Shown: piece after piece, positions 29,211-40,107 of the stretch
How the letters are laid out: each line of letters starts with the position of its first letter
Numbering within the stretch: position 1 is the stretch's first letter
Origin: Alphaproteobacteria bacterium
GTDB taxonomy: Bacteria > Pseudomonadota > Alphaproteobacteria > Rs-D84
Direction: 5' to 3'
DNA length: 64,000 nt
NCBI GenBank assembly: GCA_017503725.1
Contig: JAFVSL010000011.1
Span: forward strand, 7,847-71,846
Program-made: the position numbers and the translations under genes
Notes under the pieces: generated by a model
Seen by the model: the letters and a program-made list of their open reading frames with translations, nothing else
What the model was told of the DNA's origin: nothing
Databases searched by the model: none

Positions 29211-30986
29211 TTATATTCCCTTTTTTAACAGTTCACGCATAACGGTGGCGGCGGTTCGTGCGGCGGGCGAACTGGACCCAGAATGTTCGGTAACAACACA
29301 TACGGCGTATTTTGGATTTTCCAACGGCGCATATCCAACAAACAGTCCGTGGTTACGCATAGTCCATTTTAATTGTTCGTTGGTTAATACACCACTTTCG
29401 CGTTCTTTCTTGGAAATACTGCGTACCTGGGATGTACCGGTTTTACCGCCCATTTTCATTCCATTGACATTAACGGCACTGCCACTGGCGGTACCACCAC
29501 GCTGTAACACCTGTTCCAGGCCCTTTAACACGTGCTTTATATTTTTGTCTTTTAATCGCAGTGGCGAAAACCTTGGGCCACGACCGTTGTTGATAATTTT
29601 TGGCACCACCACACGATTAGACGCCACACGTGCCATCATTGTCGCCAGTTGCAGGCAGTTCGACAATATAAAACCCTGGCCGATACCGGAAATAATTGTA
29701 TCCCCGTGCACCCATTTGACACCGATTTGTTTTTCTTTCCATTTTCTGTCTGGGATAACACCGCCCATCTCACGTGCCAGAATATCATCCATAAACTTTT
29801 CCGTAAAGCCCAGACGTAACGCCATAGATTTAATTGCATCGATACCGATACGCAGCGCCATTTGATAAAAATAAATGTCACACGAATGCTTTAATGCGCC
29901 ATACAGGTCGACTTTGCCGTGCCCTTCTTCTTCCCAACAGTGATAACGTCTGTCGCCATAGTCCCAATGTCCCGGACAATATATTTTTTCCTTTGGATTG
30001 ATTGCACCCGATTCCAGACCCGCCAACGCCACAACAATTTTAAAGGTAGATCCCGGCGGATATAACCCCTCAATCGCTTTATTCATAAATGGTTTTGCAA
30101 AATCTTCGCGCAGTGTGTTTATATATTCATCACCATCGGCGGTGCGGAAAATATTTGGATCGAAACTGGGGGTTGAAACCATTGCCAGAATATTACCCGT
30201 GTTAATATCCATCGCAACACCACAACCGGCACGATGCTGGGTTAATGCGTCATACAGTTTTCGTTGAATATTATCATCAATGGTTGTCTTTATATCCCCG
30301 CCCGGAATCGATGGAATAAATTGTGTTTTATCTTCGCCGGTAACACGTCCCACCGCATTTGTAATCATAACGGTTTGCCCCGGTGTGCCCGCCAAATCAT
30401 CATCATATTTTTTTTCAAGTCCCGTAATCCCCGTTGTGAAAAACGGCGCGTTTGGAACGGTTTTGTTTGGTGCGCCAACGTATCCAAAAATTTGTGCCCC
30501 CGCCGGCCCCAGTTCGTATACACGGCCATATCCACTTTCCACGTGTAACCCCGGCAGGTTTTTTGCCTGTAATCGTGCCAGTGTACCCCACTTTGCATTT
30601 TCACTGACCAGAACCGGTTGAAACTTTGGTTGTTTTTGTATTTTCTTGTGTATGTTTTTAACAGATTTTTCCCGCAACCCTAAATCGGTGGCAACCGTTT
30701 TAACCAGTGTTTCAATATCATCTGATTCTTCGGGAATTATATAGATTCGATAAATTGGTGCATCGCGTGAAATTGGATTTCCATTTGCGGATAAAATCTG
30801 GCCACGTATTGCCATATCTAATTGCATACGATAAGAATTATTCTGGCTTTTCTTTGTGTATTCGCGATAGTTAAACAGTTGCATTTGCAACATACGCATA
30901 ACCAACACAGACGTCAATACCACCCCACCTGTTAAAAACAGTGCGCTGCGTCTGTCAAAGGTGCGTGCAACCTCTTTATCTATCAT
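29211..30986 (-). CDS. mrdA: Penicillin-binding protein 2
   Basis: Transpeptidase motifs STFK (GSTFKIVVALAGLE), SxN and KTG; 591 aa. Confidence 0.9.
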   Translation of the reverse strand: MIDKEVARTFDRRSALFLTGGVVLTSVLVMRMLQMQLFNYREYTKKSQNNSYRMQLDMAIRGQILSANGNPISRDAPIYRIYIIPEESDDIETLVKTVATDLGLREKSVKNIHKKIQKQPKFQPVLVSENAKWGTLARLQAKNLPGLHVESGYGRVYELGPAGAQIFGYVGAPNKTVPNAPFFTTGITGLEKKYDDDLAGTPGQTVMITNAVGRVTGEDKTQFIPSIPGGDIKTTIDDNIQRKLYDALTQHRAGCGVAMDINTGNILAMVSTPSFDPNIFRTADGDEYINTLREDFAKPFMNKAIEGLYPPGSTFKIVVALAGLESGAINPKEKIYCPGHWDYGDRRYHCWEEEGHGKVDLYGALKHSCDIYFYQMALRIGIDAIKSMALRLGFTEKFMDDILAREMGGVIPDRKWKEKQIGVKWVHGDTIISGIGQGFILSNCLQLATMMARVASNRVVVPKIINNGRGPRFSPLRLKDKNIKHVLKGLEQVLQRGGTASGSAVNVNGMKMGGKTGTSQVRSISKKERESGVLTNEQLKWTMRNHGLFVGYAPLENPKYAVCVVTEHSGSSSPAARTAATVMRELLKKGI

Positions 30987-31434
30987 TTTGTGCCCATTTT
31001 ATAATTCGTACCATCGGGATATAAAGCAGGCCCGCCCACAATATAATCCACAGTGTTTCAAGCATAACAATAAAACTAAAATTAGCAAATAACAATACCA
31101 GCATTCCAACACCAAAAAATGCAATGAAAATATGAATTGCCGCGCGGTCTATTTTTGTTAAATCAAAGAATGTCTGAAACCCGTTAATCGCATAAAACAG
31201 GCAATACCACGCCGTCCAAAACGCCAACGTTTCAAACTTGTAATCAATTAAAAAACAAAACAGTATGGCATACGCTGTAAAATATGGCACAGGTCGCACA
31301 AAAGAACAATAAAATATCGGAATCAGTGCCAATATTCCGGCCGGATTCCAAAACGCATTTGATAATCGCCACAGTATTATTACCGCCAACCAAGGCGTTG
31401 CATCGCGCAAAAATTTAATAATATTGTCTTTCAT
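30976..31434 (-). CDS. mreD: Rod-shape-determining protein MreD
   Basis: 152-aa polytopic membrane protein located between mreC and mrdA. Confidence 0.6.
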   Translation of the reverse strand: MKDNIIKFLRDATPWLAVIILWRLSNAFWNPAGILALIPIFYCSFVRPVPYFTAYAILFCFLIDYKFETLAFWTAWYCLFYAINGFQTFFDLTKIDRAAIHIFIAFFGVGMLVLLFANFSFIVMLETLWIILWAGLLYIPMVRIIKWAQNDR

Positions 31435-32292
31435 TTATCTATATTCGCCCAGATTATCAAATTGTAAGACCATTACCCGTGATAATTCACGTGGTGTGAT
31501 TGTTTTAACATCTGTGTCATTGATTATTTCGCCAACAAATATCCCGTTTGGTAAAACGCCACTGATGTTACTGGTAATCAGGCGCGCCCCGGCAGATGGT
31601 TGAAACTGCGGGTCGCTAAAAAATCCAATGGATGTTGTACCACTGCCATTGCCGGCCAAAAATCCATAGACGGGCGTTCCCGCCACGCGTACCGCAATAT
31701 TAGAATCCGCATCCGTCAGTGCGCGCACGCGTGCAAAGTTACCCCCCGCATCAATAACAATCCCGGCCAATTTATTATCCATAGACACAACCACATTGCC
31801 ACGCGCAACCCCGTTGTCGGTACCGCGATTTATTACAAACGTTGCGTTGTGAAACGCGCTGTTATCATAAAGGACATCTGCAATTATCGTTTTATGTGGC
31901 TGGGCCGATACCATATTTAATTCGTGATTCAGTTTTTTGTTTTCCGCCAACGCAATATCACACGCGTATTTATTGGCCAATGCCGCATCCAGACGCGCCC
32001 GTAATTCTTCGTTTTCATCGCGTAAATTGGATAATTCGCGAATCCCATCCACAGAATTTCCAACCGCACGAATGGGCCACGTAACAATATCCCCAATGGT
32101 ATTTGCAACCGGCAACACAATATGTGCCAAACCATTTAAAATTGCATAATCTGGCTTTGCCACCATAATGTATATAAATAAAATCGGCAATACCGCGGCG
32201 GTGGCCGCAGATTTTATAATCGTATATACCCTGGAAGATAGTTTATTCTGGTTCATCACGGATACTTTATACGTAAAAAATCCGATATTCAA
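31435..32292 (-). CDS. mreC: Rod-shape-determining protein MreC
   Basis: N-terminal TM segment, a coiled coil (LRDENEELRARLDAALA) and C-terminal beta domains; 285 aa. Confidence 0.85.
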   Translation of the reverse strand: MNIGFFTYKVSVMNQNKLSSRVYTIIKSAATAAVLPILFIYIMVAKPDYAILNGLAHIVLPVANTIGDIVTWPIRAVGNSVDGIRELSNLRDENEELRARLDAALANKYACDIALAENKKLNHELNMVSAQPHKTIIADVLYDNSAFHNATFVINRGTDNGVARGNVVVSMDNKLAGIVIDAGGNFARVRALTDADSNIAVRVAGTPVYGFLAGNGSGTTSIGFFSDPQFQPSAGARLITSNISGVLPNGIFVGEIINDTDVKTITPRELSRVMVLQFDNLGEYR

Positions 32293-32395
32293 TAAAAACT
32301 TGATTTTTCCATAAAATATGCCACAATACCCCTAGCCAAAGTGGCAGGCATTGCCACCAGGCATCAAAAACCTAGAAAAAATAAAAGGATATAAA

Positions 32396-32599
32396 ATGCC
32401 AAAATTAAAGACAAAGTCATACTTGAAAAAGCGTGCGTCTATGACTGCAACCGGTAAAATCCGTGTTGCCCGTAACGCCCATAAAAAACTGTTGCGTAAA
32501 AAGTCCGCTCGTGCAAACAACGCGGGTTCTAAACCACAGTATTTGAACGATAACATGGTGGGTCAGGCAAAAATCCTGGCGCCATATGGTTTGAAATAA
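32396..32599 (+). CDS. rpmI: 50S ribosomal protein L35
   Basis: MPKLKTKSYLKKRASMTATGKIRVARNAHKKLLRKKSARA... The start is at the internal ATG at 32396. Confidence 0.9.
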   Translation: MPKLKTKSYLKKRASMTATGKIRVARNAHKKLLRKKSARANNAGSKPQYLNDNMVGQAKILAPYGLK

Positions 32600-32611
32600 T
32601 AGGGGGCGATT

Positions 32612-32980
32612 ATGGCAAGAGTTAAACGCGGAACAACCGTAAAACAAAAACATAACAAGATTTTGGCGCGTGCCAAGGGTTACTTGGGCCGCCATCATTC
32701 AACATATCGTGCCGCCCGTGAAAAAACGGAAAAGGCGGGTCAGTATGCATATCGCGATCGTCGTGTAAAAAAACGCGAATTTCGTGGTTTGTGGATTGTC
32801 CGTATTAATGCTGCGGTACGTCAAAATGGTATGACATACAGCCAATTTATGAACGGCTTGAAAAAGGCTGGTATCGCTCTGGACCGCAAGGTTTTGGCCG
32901 AAATGGCATATGCAGGCGATGCAAACTTTGTTAAATTGGTTGATACTGCAAAACGATTTAGCGCCGGGGAATCTAAATAA
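32612..32980 (+). CDS. rplT: 50S ribosomal protein L20
   Basis: [24 protein letters not shown]...[26 protein letters not shown]... Confidence 0.92.
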   Translation: MARVKRGTTVKQKHNKILARAKGYLGRHHSTYRAAREKTEKAGQYAYRDRRVKKREFRGLWIVRINAAVRQNGMTYSQFMNGLKKAGIALDRKVLAEMAYAGDANFVKLVDTAKRFSAGESK

Positions 32981-33013
32981 TCCCTTGTCGGCGGGGTATT
33001 TGTTTTGTAATAT

Positions 33014-33037
33014 AAAGGTCGTCAATTGACGACCTTT
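33014..33037 (+). promoter_or_regulatory. Perfect palindrome, putative terminator or attenuator between rplT and pheS
   Basis: AAAGGTCGTC-AATT-GACGACCTTT followed by a T-rich tract. Confidence 0.35.
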
Positions 33038-33071
33038 ATTCGTATTAAATAGAATTTTTAAGGTAACAGTT

Positions 33072-34019
33072 ATGCAGGAACAAATTAAAAACATAAACAC
33101 ACTTGAAGAATTACAGGCTTTATATACCGCAACGTTCGGTAAAAATGGTACAATGACCGCGCGGTTAAAGGAAATGAAGAATCTGGACAATGATGCGCGT
33201 ATCGCATTAAATCTGGAAAACCAAACCTTGCGTGAATTGTTTAAAACACGCCAGGCGGAAATTGAAAACGCGGTATTGATGGCGGGCCTGCAAAAACAGA
33301 AGTTAGATATGTCGTTAAATGCGGCGCCCGAAAATCGTGGCACACTGCATCCAATGACGCAAAGTTTAATTGAAATCTCAGAAATTTTACAATCTTTTGG
33401 TTATACACCACACACCGGACCGGAAATCGAAGATGATTGGCATAACTTTACCGCTTTGAATACACCGGACTATCATCCGGCACGTGATATGCAAGACACT
33501 TTCTTTTTAGAAAATGGAAATGTTATGCGTACCCAGACATCTGCGATTCAAATTCGCACAATGGAGCGTACAGGTGCACCGGTAAAAATGTTTGGTATTG
33601 GTGCCACATACAGAAAGGAAATGGACGCAACACACGCACCTATGTTCGGCCAGATTGAAGGGTTATATATTAATAAAAACATCACAATGTCGGATTTAAT
33701 TGGTGATATTCGTGCATTTTTAAAACGTTTCTTTGAAATGGATGATGTTGAATTGCGTATTCGTCCATCATATTTCCCGTTTACCGACCCATCAATAGAG
33801 GTTGATATGAAATGGAAAAACGGACGCTGGTTGGAAATTATGGGTGCGGGTATGGTTCACCCAAATGTTCTGCGTAATTGTGGTATTAACCCAGACCAAT
33901 ACCAGGGGTTTGCATTCGGCTTTGGTTGGGACAGATTGGCAATGTTGAAATATGATTTGCCGGACTTGCGCGATTTTCGTGGTAATGACGTCAGATGGTT
34001 AAAAAGTGCTGGATTCTAA
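33072..34019 (+). CDS. pheS: Phenylalanine--tRNA ligase alpha subunit
   Basis: Class II aaRS motifs (…MRTQTSAIQIRTME…, GFAFGFGWDRLAML); 315 aa. Confidence 0.92.
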   Translation: MQEQIKNINTLEELQALYTATFGKNGTMTARLKEMKNLDNDARIALNLENQTLRELFKTRQAEIENAVLMAGLQKQKLDMSLNAAPENRGTLHPMTQSLIEISEILQSFGYTPHTGPEIEDDWHNFTALNTPDYHPARDMQDTFFLENGNVMRTQTSAIQIRTMERTGAPVKMFGIGATYRKEMDATHAPMFGQIEGLYINKNITMSDLIGDIRAFLKRFFEMDDVELRIRPSYFPFTDPSIEVDMKWKNGRWLEIMGAGMVHPNVLRNCGINPDQYQGFAFGFGWDRLAMLKYDLPDLRDFRGNDVRWLKSAGF

Positions 34020-34032
34020 TGGGGGCAAAAAA

Positions 34033-36336
34033 ATGAAATGGACATATGATTGGTTACAAGATTATTTAGATACGGATTTAACACCCGAACAAATTTCGGA
34101 CGAATTAACACGTATCGGCTTAGAGGTCGAAGATGTTTTTGCACCCATCGCACCAATTGCGGCGCGTATTATTGAATGCAAACCACATGAAAACAGTGAC
34201 CATTTACACGTGTTGATGGTTGATGATGGAACGGGTACATTGCGCCAGGTTGTCTGTGGTGCGCCAAATGCACGTGTGGGGTTGATATCTGCGCTGGCGG
34301 TGCCGGGATGTGTGATTGATGGACACGAAATAACATCTGGTAAACTGCGTGGTGTGATGTCTGATGGTATGATGTGTTCCGGCAAAGAATTGGGGATAAA
34401 CGACGACCACAGCGGTATTATAGAATTACCAGATGATACAAAAATTGGTACGCCTGTATTGAATGTAAAAACGGTATTTGATGCCGGCATTACACCAAAT
34501 CGTCCTGATTATTTATCGGTGCGTGGTATTGCGCGTGATTTATCGGCATCTAATGCGGGTAAATATATCACGCCACGTGACATAGAATTTAAGCCAATTG
34601 CGGGAAATCGTCGTGCGGTTATTAAAACAGATAAATGTGCGACATATAAACTGATTGAAATCAGTGGTGTAAAAATCGCCCCCAGTTCGGATAAAATCGC
34701 ATCGCGTTTGCGTGCGATTGGTATCAATCCTAAAAACGCGGCAATCGATGCAACAAATTATGTTTGTTATGATATGGCCCAGCCTATGCATTGCTTTGAT
34801 GCGGACCAAATTCATGGCGATATCGTGGTTCGTATGGCAAAATCTGGCGAAAAGTTCACAGACCTGTTTGGTGGCGAACACGAATTGACGGACGCGGATA
34901 TGGTTATTGCCGACGATATGGGTATTTTGGCATTGGCGGGTGTTGTTGGTGGTGCGCGCGGTTCAACAACCGATGATACCAAAAATATTATATTAGAATC
35001 TGCGTATTTTGACCCGGTATCTGTTCGTAAATCCGCGAAAAGAATTGGTATGTCAACCGATGCGTCATATCGCTATGAACGTGGTATCGATCCGACGATA
35101 ACCGGCGTGGCTGCAATGATGGCGGCGAATATAATAATGGACGCGTGTGGTGGTAAAATTACAACGGCATATGTGGCGGGTAATGATAAAACACCAAACG
35201 TGCAAATTAAATACAATCCAAATATATTCGCGCAAAAGACGGGCGCCGATATGGATGAAAAAATTCAGCGCGATATCTTAGAAAAATTGGGATATACGCT
35301 TGAAGTCGGGGGTGACCAATGGTTGGTAACACCGCCAACACGTCGTGTTGATGTTGAAATTCCTGAAACAATTGTGGCGGATTTACTGCGTATACATGGG
35401 TATGAAAAATTGGCATTGTCTGCCACGCATACTATTGGGGACGTGGATAAAAAATATAATCACGAATTATATTTAAAGCGTCATCTGGCATCGCGTGGAT
35501 TAAATGAATGTTGTTCATATGCATTTGGTAATGCGTTGGTTGAACAATTGTTGTCAGACAAACCGATTGTTAAAATTGCAAATCCAATTACAACCGATAT
35601 GGATACGGCGCGTAATGGATTGCTGGGCGGATTGCTGGAAACGGTATCTAATAATGAAAAACGTGGGCATGCGGATTTAAACCTGTTTGAATTGGGGACG
35701 GTATTTGATGGCGATATGCCGGGGGCGCAACATACATCACTGTGTATTGTTCGCACGGGTCGTAACGGGCCCAAGCATTGGCAATCACGCACGCGTGATG
35801 TGGATGTCTATGATGTAAAATCGGATATAGTCTCAATGTTAAACGGTCAAAAATATACCGTATCAACCGATGATGCACCACGTTGGGCGCATCCATACAG
35901 ATATGGAAAAATCGTTCAGGGTAAACGCACCTTGGCCGAATTTGGTGAACTGCATCCATCTGTTGCGAAAAAGTTGCGTATTAAAACAAACGTTGTAATT
36001 GCGATTGTTGATGATATTAACAATATGCCACAACAACGCGTTGGAAAAAATATCACACCATCTGAATTCCAACCGATAACACGTGACTTTGCGTTTATTG
36101 TGGATATGGATATGCCGGCTGAAAAATTAACGGGTGCGGCGCTTGCGGCGGACGCGCGTATAACAGACGTGGTTGTGTTTGATGCGTTTGATTTATCAGA
36201 TGGCAAAAAATCCATTGCGTTTACAATTACAATTCAGCCACGGGAAAATATGTCTGATACAGATTTGTTAAAAATCCAGGATTCTGTGATTCAATCTGTT
36301 GAAAAGAAATGCAATGCACAAATCCGTGACAAATAA
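34033..36336 (+). CDS. pheT: Phenylalanine--tRNA ligase beta subunit
   Basis: MKWTYDWLQDYLD..., tRNA-binding domain, B3/B4 and B5 domains; about 767 aa. Confidence 0.92.
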   Translation: MKWTYDWLQDYLDTDLTPEQISDELTRIGLEVEDVFAPIAPIAARIIECKPHENSDHLHVLMVDDGTGTLRQVVCGAPNARVGLISALAVPGCVIDGHEITSGKLRGVMSDGMMCSGKELGINDDHSGIIELPDDTKIGTPVLNVKTVFDAGITPNRPDYLSVRGIARDLSASNAGKYITPRDIEFKPIAGNRRAVIKTDKCATYKLIEISGVKIAPSSDKIASRLRAIGINPKNAAIDATNYVCYDMAQPMHCFDADQIHGDIVVRMAKSGEKFTDLFGGEHELTDADMVIADDMGILALAGVVGGARGSTTDDTKNIILESAYFDPVSVRKSAKRIGMSTDASYRYERGIDPTITGVAAMMAANIIMDACGGKITTAYVAGNDKTPNVQIKYNPNIFAQKTGADMDEKIQRDILEKLGYTLEVGGDQWLVTPPTRRVDVEIPETIVADLLRIHGYEKLALSATHTIGDVDKKYNHELYLKRHLASRGLNECCSYAFGNALVEQLLSDKPIVKIANPITTDMDTARNGLLGGLLETVSNNEKRGHADLNLFELGTVFDGDMPGAQHTSLCIVRTGRNGPKHWQSRTRDVDVYDVKSDIVSMLNGQKYTVSTDDAPRWAHPYRYGKIVQGKRTLAEFGELHPSVAKKLRIKTNVVIAIVDDINNMPQQRVGKNITPSEFQPITRDFAFIVDMDMPAEKLTGAALAADARITDVVVFDAFDLSDGKKSIAFTITIQPRENMSDTDLLKIQDSVIQSVEKKCNAQIRDK

Positions 36337-36349
36337 TGAAAAGGCAGAA

Positions 36350-36383
36350 CAAAAAAACACCGACAACTGTCGGTGTTTTTTAT
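36350..36383. terminator. Bidirectional intrinsic terminator (pheT / rpsO)
   Basis: AAAAAAACACCGACA-act-GTCGGTGTTTTTT. Confidence 0.65.
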
Positions 36384-36655
36384 TATTTACGCAGACCCAA
36401 TTTCTTAATCAGTTCTTCGTATTCGGCAACATCATTTTTCTTGATATATGCCAACAATTTTTTACGACGGTTAACCATCAACAACAAACCACGTTTAGAA
36501 TGTTTGTCTTTGTGATTGGCCTTCATATGTTCTGTCAAATTGCGAATACGCAATGTCAAACCGGCAACCTGGGCCGCCGCAGAACCACCATTGTCTTTTT
36601 CAGTCGTTTTGAAATTTGCCACTACTTCGGCAATTTGTTCTTTTGTAACGGACAT
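36383..36655 (-). CDS. rpsO: 30S ribosomal protein S15
   Basis: MSVTKEQIAEVVANFKTTEKDNGGSAAAQVAGLTLRIRNLTEHMKANHKDKHSKRGLL...; 89 aa. Confidence 0.92.
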   Translation of the reverse strand: MSVTKEQIAEVVANFKTTEKDNGGSAAAQVAGLTLRIRNLTEHMKANHKDKHSKRGLLLMVNRRKKLLAYIKKNDVAEYEELIKKLGLRK

Positions 36656-36672
36656 TGTATTTTTCCTTTGTT

Positions 36673-37545
36673 TTAAATTGTTCTTTTTGGGTGCAATATT
36701 CCATCTGCAACCGTACCAATTCCAATGAACACGTCATCTGAATATACGCGGCGCAGACCGTTCGCACCCCCCGTCTCGACAAAGCCGCCATTTTTATACA
36801 AAGTGGCCGCCGTGCCGTCAAGATTCACAACCGGAATGTCCCCCAGTCCCGAATCAATTGGTTCCAAGTATTTCTTGAAATCGCCCCCATTATTAACCAG
36901 ATTTTCTAAAAAATCAAGTTTTACCGCATTTTTTATCGTAAAACCATTGGTTTGGGTGCGCCTTATCATATCCACAGTTGCCATACACCCACACATTTTT
37001 GCAATATCACGGGCGATACTGCGTACGTATGTACCACGACTGCACATCACACGAAAATGCCAGGAATCATTGCGTACACCCAAAAATTCCAGTTCAAAAA
37101 TTTCAACCTCTCGTGCCGGGATTTCGATTTCCCGGCCACGACGTGCCGCATCATATGCACGCATACCATCAACGTGTACCGCCGAAAAAAGCGGGGGTGT
37201 CTGCATAATTTTGCCAATCAATTTCGGTATCACAGACACAACCATATCAACCGTCGGCACAATATTGTCACGCGCAATTTCACGCCCGGTTATATCAAGG
37301 GTGTCTGTTTCAAATCCAAACTGACAGGAAAACAAATATTCTTTTTTATTAGAATTTATATCTTCGATAAAAGGAATCATTTTTGTGGCACCACCAATCG
37401 CAATCGGCAACACACCCGACGCCATCGGGTCCAGCGTGCCAATATGCCCAAATTTTTTGGTTTCAAACATACGTGCCACGCGCCCGCCCGCCGTACGGGA
37501 AAACAGGCCAGATTCTTTGTCCAAGATTATAAATCCATCCGCCAT
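36673..37545 (-). CDS. truB: tRNA pseudouridine(55) synthase
   Basis: GHIGTLDPMASGVLPIAIGGATK catalytic-Asp motif; 290 aa. Confidence 0.9.
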   Translation of the reverse strand: MADGFIILDKESGLFSRTAGGRVARMFETKKFGHIGTLDPMASGVLPIAIGGATKMIPFIEDINSNKKEYLFSCQFGFETDTLDITGREIARDNIVPTVDMVVSVIPKLIGKIMQTPPLFSAVHVDGMRAYDAARRGREIEIPAREVEIFELEFLGVRNDSWHFRVMCSRGTYVRSIARDIAKMCGCMATVDMIRRTQTNGFTIKNAVKLDFLENLVNNGGDFKKYLEPIDSGLGDIPVVNLDGTAATLYKNGGFVETGGANGLRRVYSDDVFIGIGTVADGILHPKRTI

Positions 37546-37547
37546 AT

Positions 37548-40082
37548 TTATTCCCCAAACAGATTTAATTGTGCGCGTGCCGATGCCTCAATACGCATCG
37601 GATTCAGGTTTACTTTTTTTATAGGTGCGCTTTCTGTAACCTGTTGTGGTGCGGCGGTTACTGTATGCGATTCAAGCGATGCCAAAACACTTTCCGCACG
37701 CGCAATAACAGATGCCGGCATACCCGCCATACGCGCAACGTGAATACCATAAGAACGATTTGCAACACCGGGTACAATTTTGTGCATAAACACAATTTCA
37801 TTATTATGTTCACGAACGTCTATTGTTAAACAGGATATGTTTCCCAACACGCCATTTGCCACCAGGTGTGTTAATTCGTGATAATGTGTTGCAAACAATG
37901 TTCGTGGTTGTAAATCATTTAAAAATTCCAGAACCGCCTGGGCAATTGCCATACCGTCATATGTTGCCGTCCCGCGTCCAATTTCATCAAATATAATAAA
38001 CGATTTTTCTGTTGCGCGATTCAAGATATTTGCTGTTTCCGCCATTTCAACCATAAACGTAGATTGCCCCGCCGCCAGGTTATCAGATGCACCCACACGA
38101 CTAAATAACTGGTCGCATATTCCAATGGTTGCACGGGTTGCCGGCACAAAAGACCCCAAATGTGCCAGCACTACTATAATCGCATTCTGGCGCAGGTATG
38201 TTGATTTACCCGCCATATTTGGTCCGGTCAGTAATGCAATTGCACGTGCATTCAAATTACAATCGTTTTTAACAAAATTATCACCACGTGCACGCAAAAC
38301 AAATTCAATTACCGGATGTCGTCCGCCAACGATATCAAATGCACGATCGTTTGTTACATTTGGACACACCCAATTATACAAGTCTGCAACCTGGGCCAAC
38401 GAACACCAAACATCCGCATCCGCCAGCAAGTCCGCCGTTGCCAACAAATCGTCCGCAATGCTACGAATTTCTTCGATTAAAGACGCGATAATTTGTGCCT
38501 CTAATCCGGCGGATTTTTCTGCCGCACTGCGAACATCGTTATCCAGGTCAATAAGACGTGCGGTTGTAAAACGCATATTACCCGCCATTGTTTGACGATG
38601 TATAAAACCATTGTCTGGATTCATCATAATTTCGGCACGGGAACTGGGGACCTCTATGAAATACCCCAGGATATTATTATATTTTATTTTTAATGTATTT
38701 ATACTGGTCTTTGACACGTATTCAGATTGCAGTGCGGCAATTGTTTCCTTGGCCCCGTTGGCCAGGTTTCGCATACCATCCAACGCCACATCAAAGCCAT
38801 CACGAATAACATTGCCATCCCTGAAAAAAGTTGGTAATTCATCCGCCAACGCGTCACGTAATTTTATGCATAATTCATCGTGAGTGTTTATTTTACCAAA
38901 ACGTCCCCCCATCCCGGAATCCAGGCGTACAGACAACGCACGCGCGCCCGGCAATGATGAAATAAATTCCGAAATATTTCGCATATCGCGCGGTGTTCCC
39001 CGTCCCGACAACAGGCGTGACAGACAGCGCCCAACATCCGGCACAGATGACAATATTTTTTGCAAAGACAACATAACATCTGTGTTTGTAATCAGATGCG
39101 CAATATGTCCCTGGCGTGTGTGAATTTCGTCTGTGTCCGCCGATAACGCGCGCAAATAAGAACGTAATTTTCGTGCGCCGGCGGCCGTCTTGGTGTTATC
39201 CAAAACATCAATCAGACACGTCCCACCATCGTTAATTGGCGCATCTATTTCCAAACTTTTCCACGTGGCCGAATCAATCAATAATTGTGTGCCCGATTTA
39301 AATTGATGTGGTGCGCGAAATGTTATTTTGGCATCACGTTGGGTGTTGAATAAATATCCCGCCAACAGACATATTGCGTTATCGATATTGGTGGAAATTG
39401 AATCCATACGCACAACACCACCAAATACACGTGATACAATTTGGTCTATGTCGGTACGATGGTACAGTTTTTCAAATACAGCCGTTGTCTTGAAAATATC
39501 GCGAATCTGCATAATTTTATCGTTTTCGGCGGCGGATGACGGATATATAACCTCGGCCGGGTTCAGACGTACCAGATCATCAATGATATCAGATGTTTTT
39601 CCGATAAAAAATTCACCGGTTGAAATATCACACCCCGCGATATCAAATTCACCGTTTGATAACGGCATAATTGATACCAAGAAATTAGAATTTTTTGGTG
39701 TTAATAAATTTTCATCGGTCAAGGTTCCCGGTGTTAATACACGCACCACCTTGCGTTCTATAAATTTGTGACCACGTGCCTTGGCCTCAGCCGGGGTTTC
39801 CATTTGTTCAACCAATGCTACCGAAAATCCGGCCCGCACCAGGCGCCCAAAATAATTATCCGCCGCGTGCCACGGAATACCGCACATTGGAATTGTGTCC
39901 CCATCACCATCGGTGCCGCGCGCGGTTAATACCAACCCCAGGGCAGAACTTATTATTTTTGCATCTTCAAAAAAAGATTCATAAAAATCCCCCAGACGAA
40001 ACATCAATAATGCATCTGGGTTTTCCGCCTTCATATCAACATATTGTTGCATAACAGGGGTCAGTTTACTTTTTTCCGCCAC
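37548..40082 (-). CDS. mutS: DNA mismatch repair protein MutS
   Basis: N-terminal mismatch-binding motif …DFYESFFEDA…, Walker A GPNMAGKST, and …TLFATHYHELT; 844 aa. Confidence 0.93.
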   Translation of the reverse strand: MAEKSKLTPVMQQYVDMKAENPDALLMFRLGDFYESFFEDAKIISSALGLVLTARGTDGDGDTIPMCGIPWHAADNYFGRLVRAGFSVALVEQMETPAEAKARGHKFIERKVVRVLTPGTLTDENLLTPKNSNFLVSIMPLSNGEFDIAGCDISTGEFFIGKTSDIIDDLVRLNPAEVIYPSSAAENDKIMQIRDIFKTTAVFEKLYHRTDIDQIVSRVFGGVVRMDSISTNIDNAICLLAGYLFNTQRDAKITFRAPHQFKSGTQLLIDSATWKSLEIDAPINDGGTCLIDVLDNTKTAAGARKLRSYLRALSADTDEIHTRQGHIAHLITNTDVMLSLQKILSSVPDVGRCLSRLLSGRGTPRDMRNISEFISSLPGARALSVRLDSGMGGRFGKINTHDELCIKLRDALADELPTFFRDGNVIRDGFDVALDGMRNLANGAKETIAALQSEYVSKTSINTLKIKYNNILGYFIEVPSSRAEIMMNPDNGFIHRQTMAGNMRFTTARLIDLDNDVRSAAEKSAGLEAQIIASLIEEIRSIADDLLATADLLADADVWCSLAQVADLYNWVCPNVTNDRAFDIVGGRHPVIEFVLRARGDNFVKNDCNLNARAIALLTGPNMAGKSTYLRQNAIIVVLAHLGSFVPATRATIGICDQLFSRVGASDNLAAGQSTFMVEMAETANILNRATEKSFIIFDEIGRGTATYDGMAIAQAVLEFLNDLQPRTLFATHYHELTHLVANGVLGNISCLTIDVREHNNEIVFMHKIVPGVANRSYGIHVARMAGMPASVIARAESVLASLESHTVTAAPQQVTESAPIKKVNLNPMRIEASARAQLNLFGE

Positions 40083-40107
40083 GATAAAATCCGTTTAATA
40101 AAAATTA

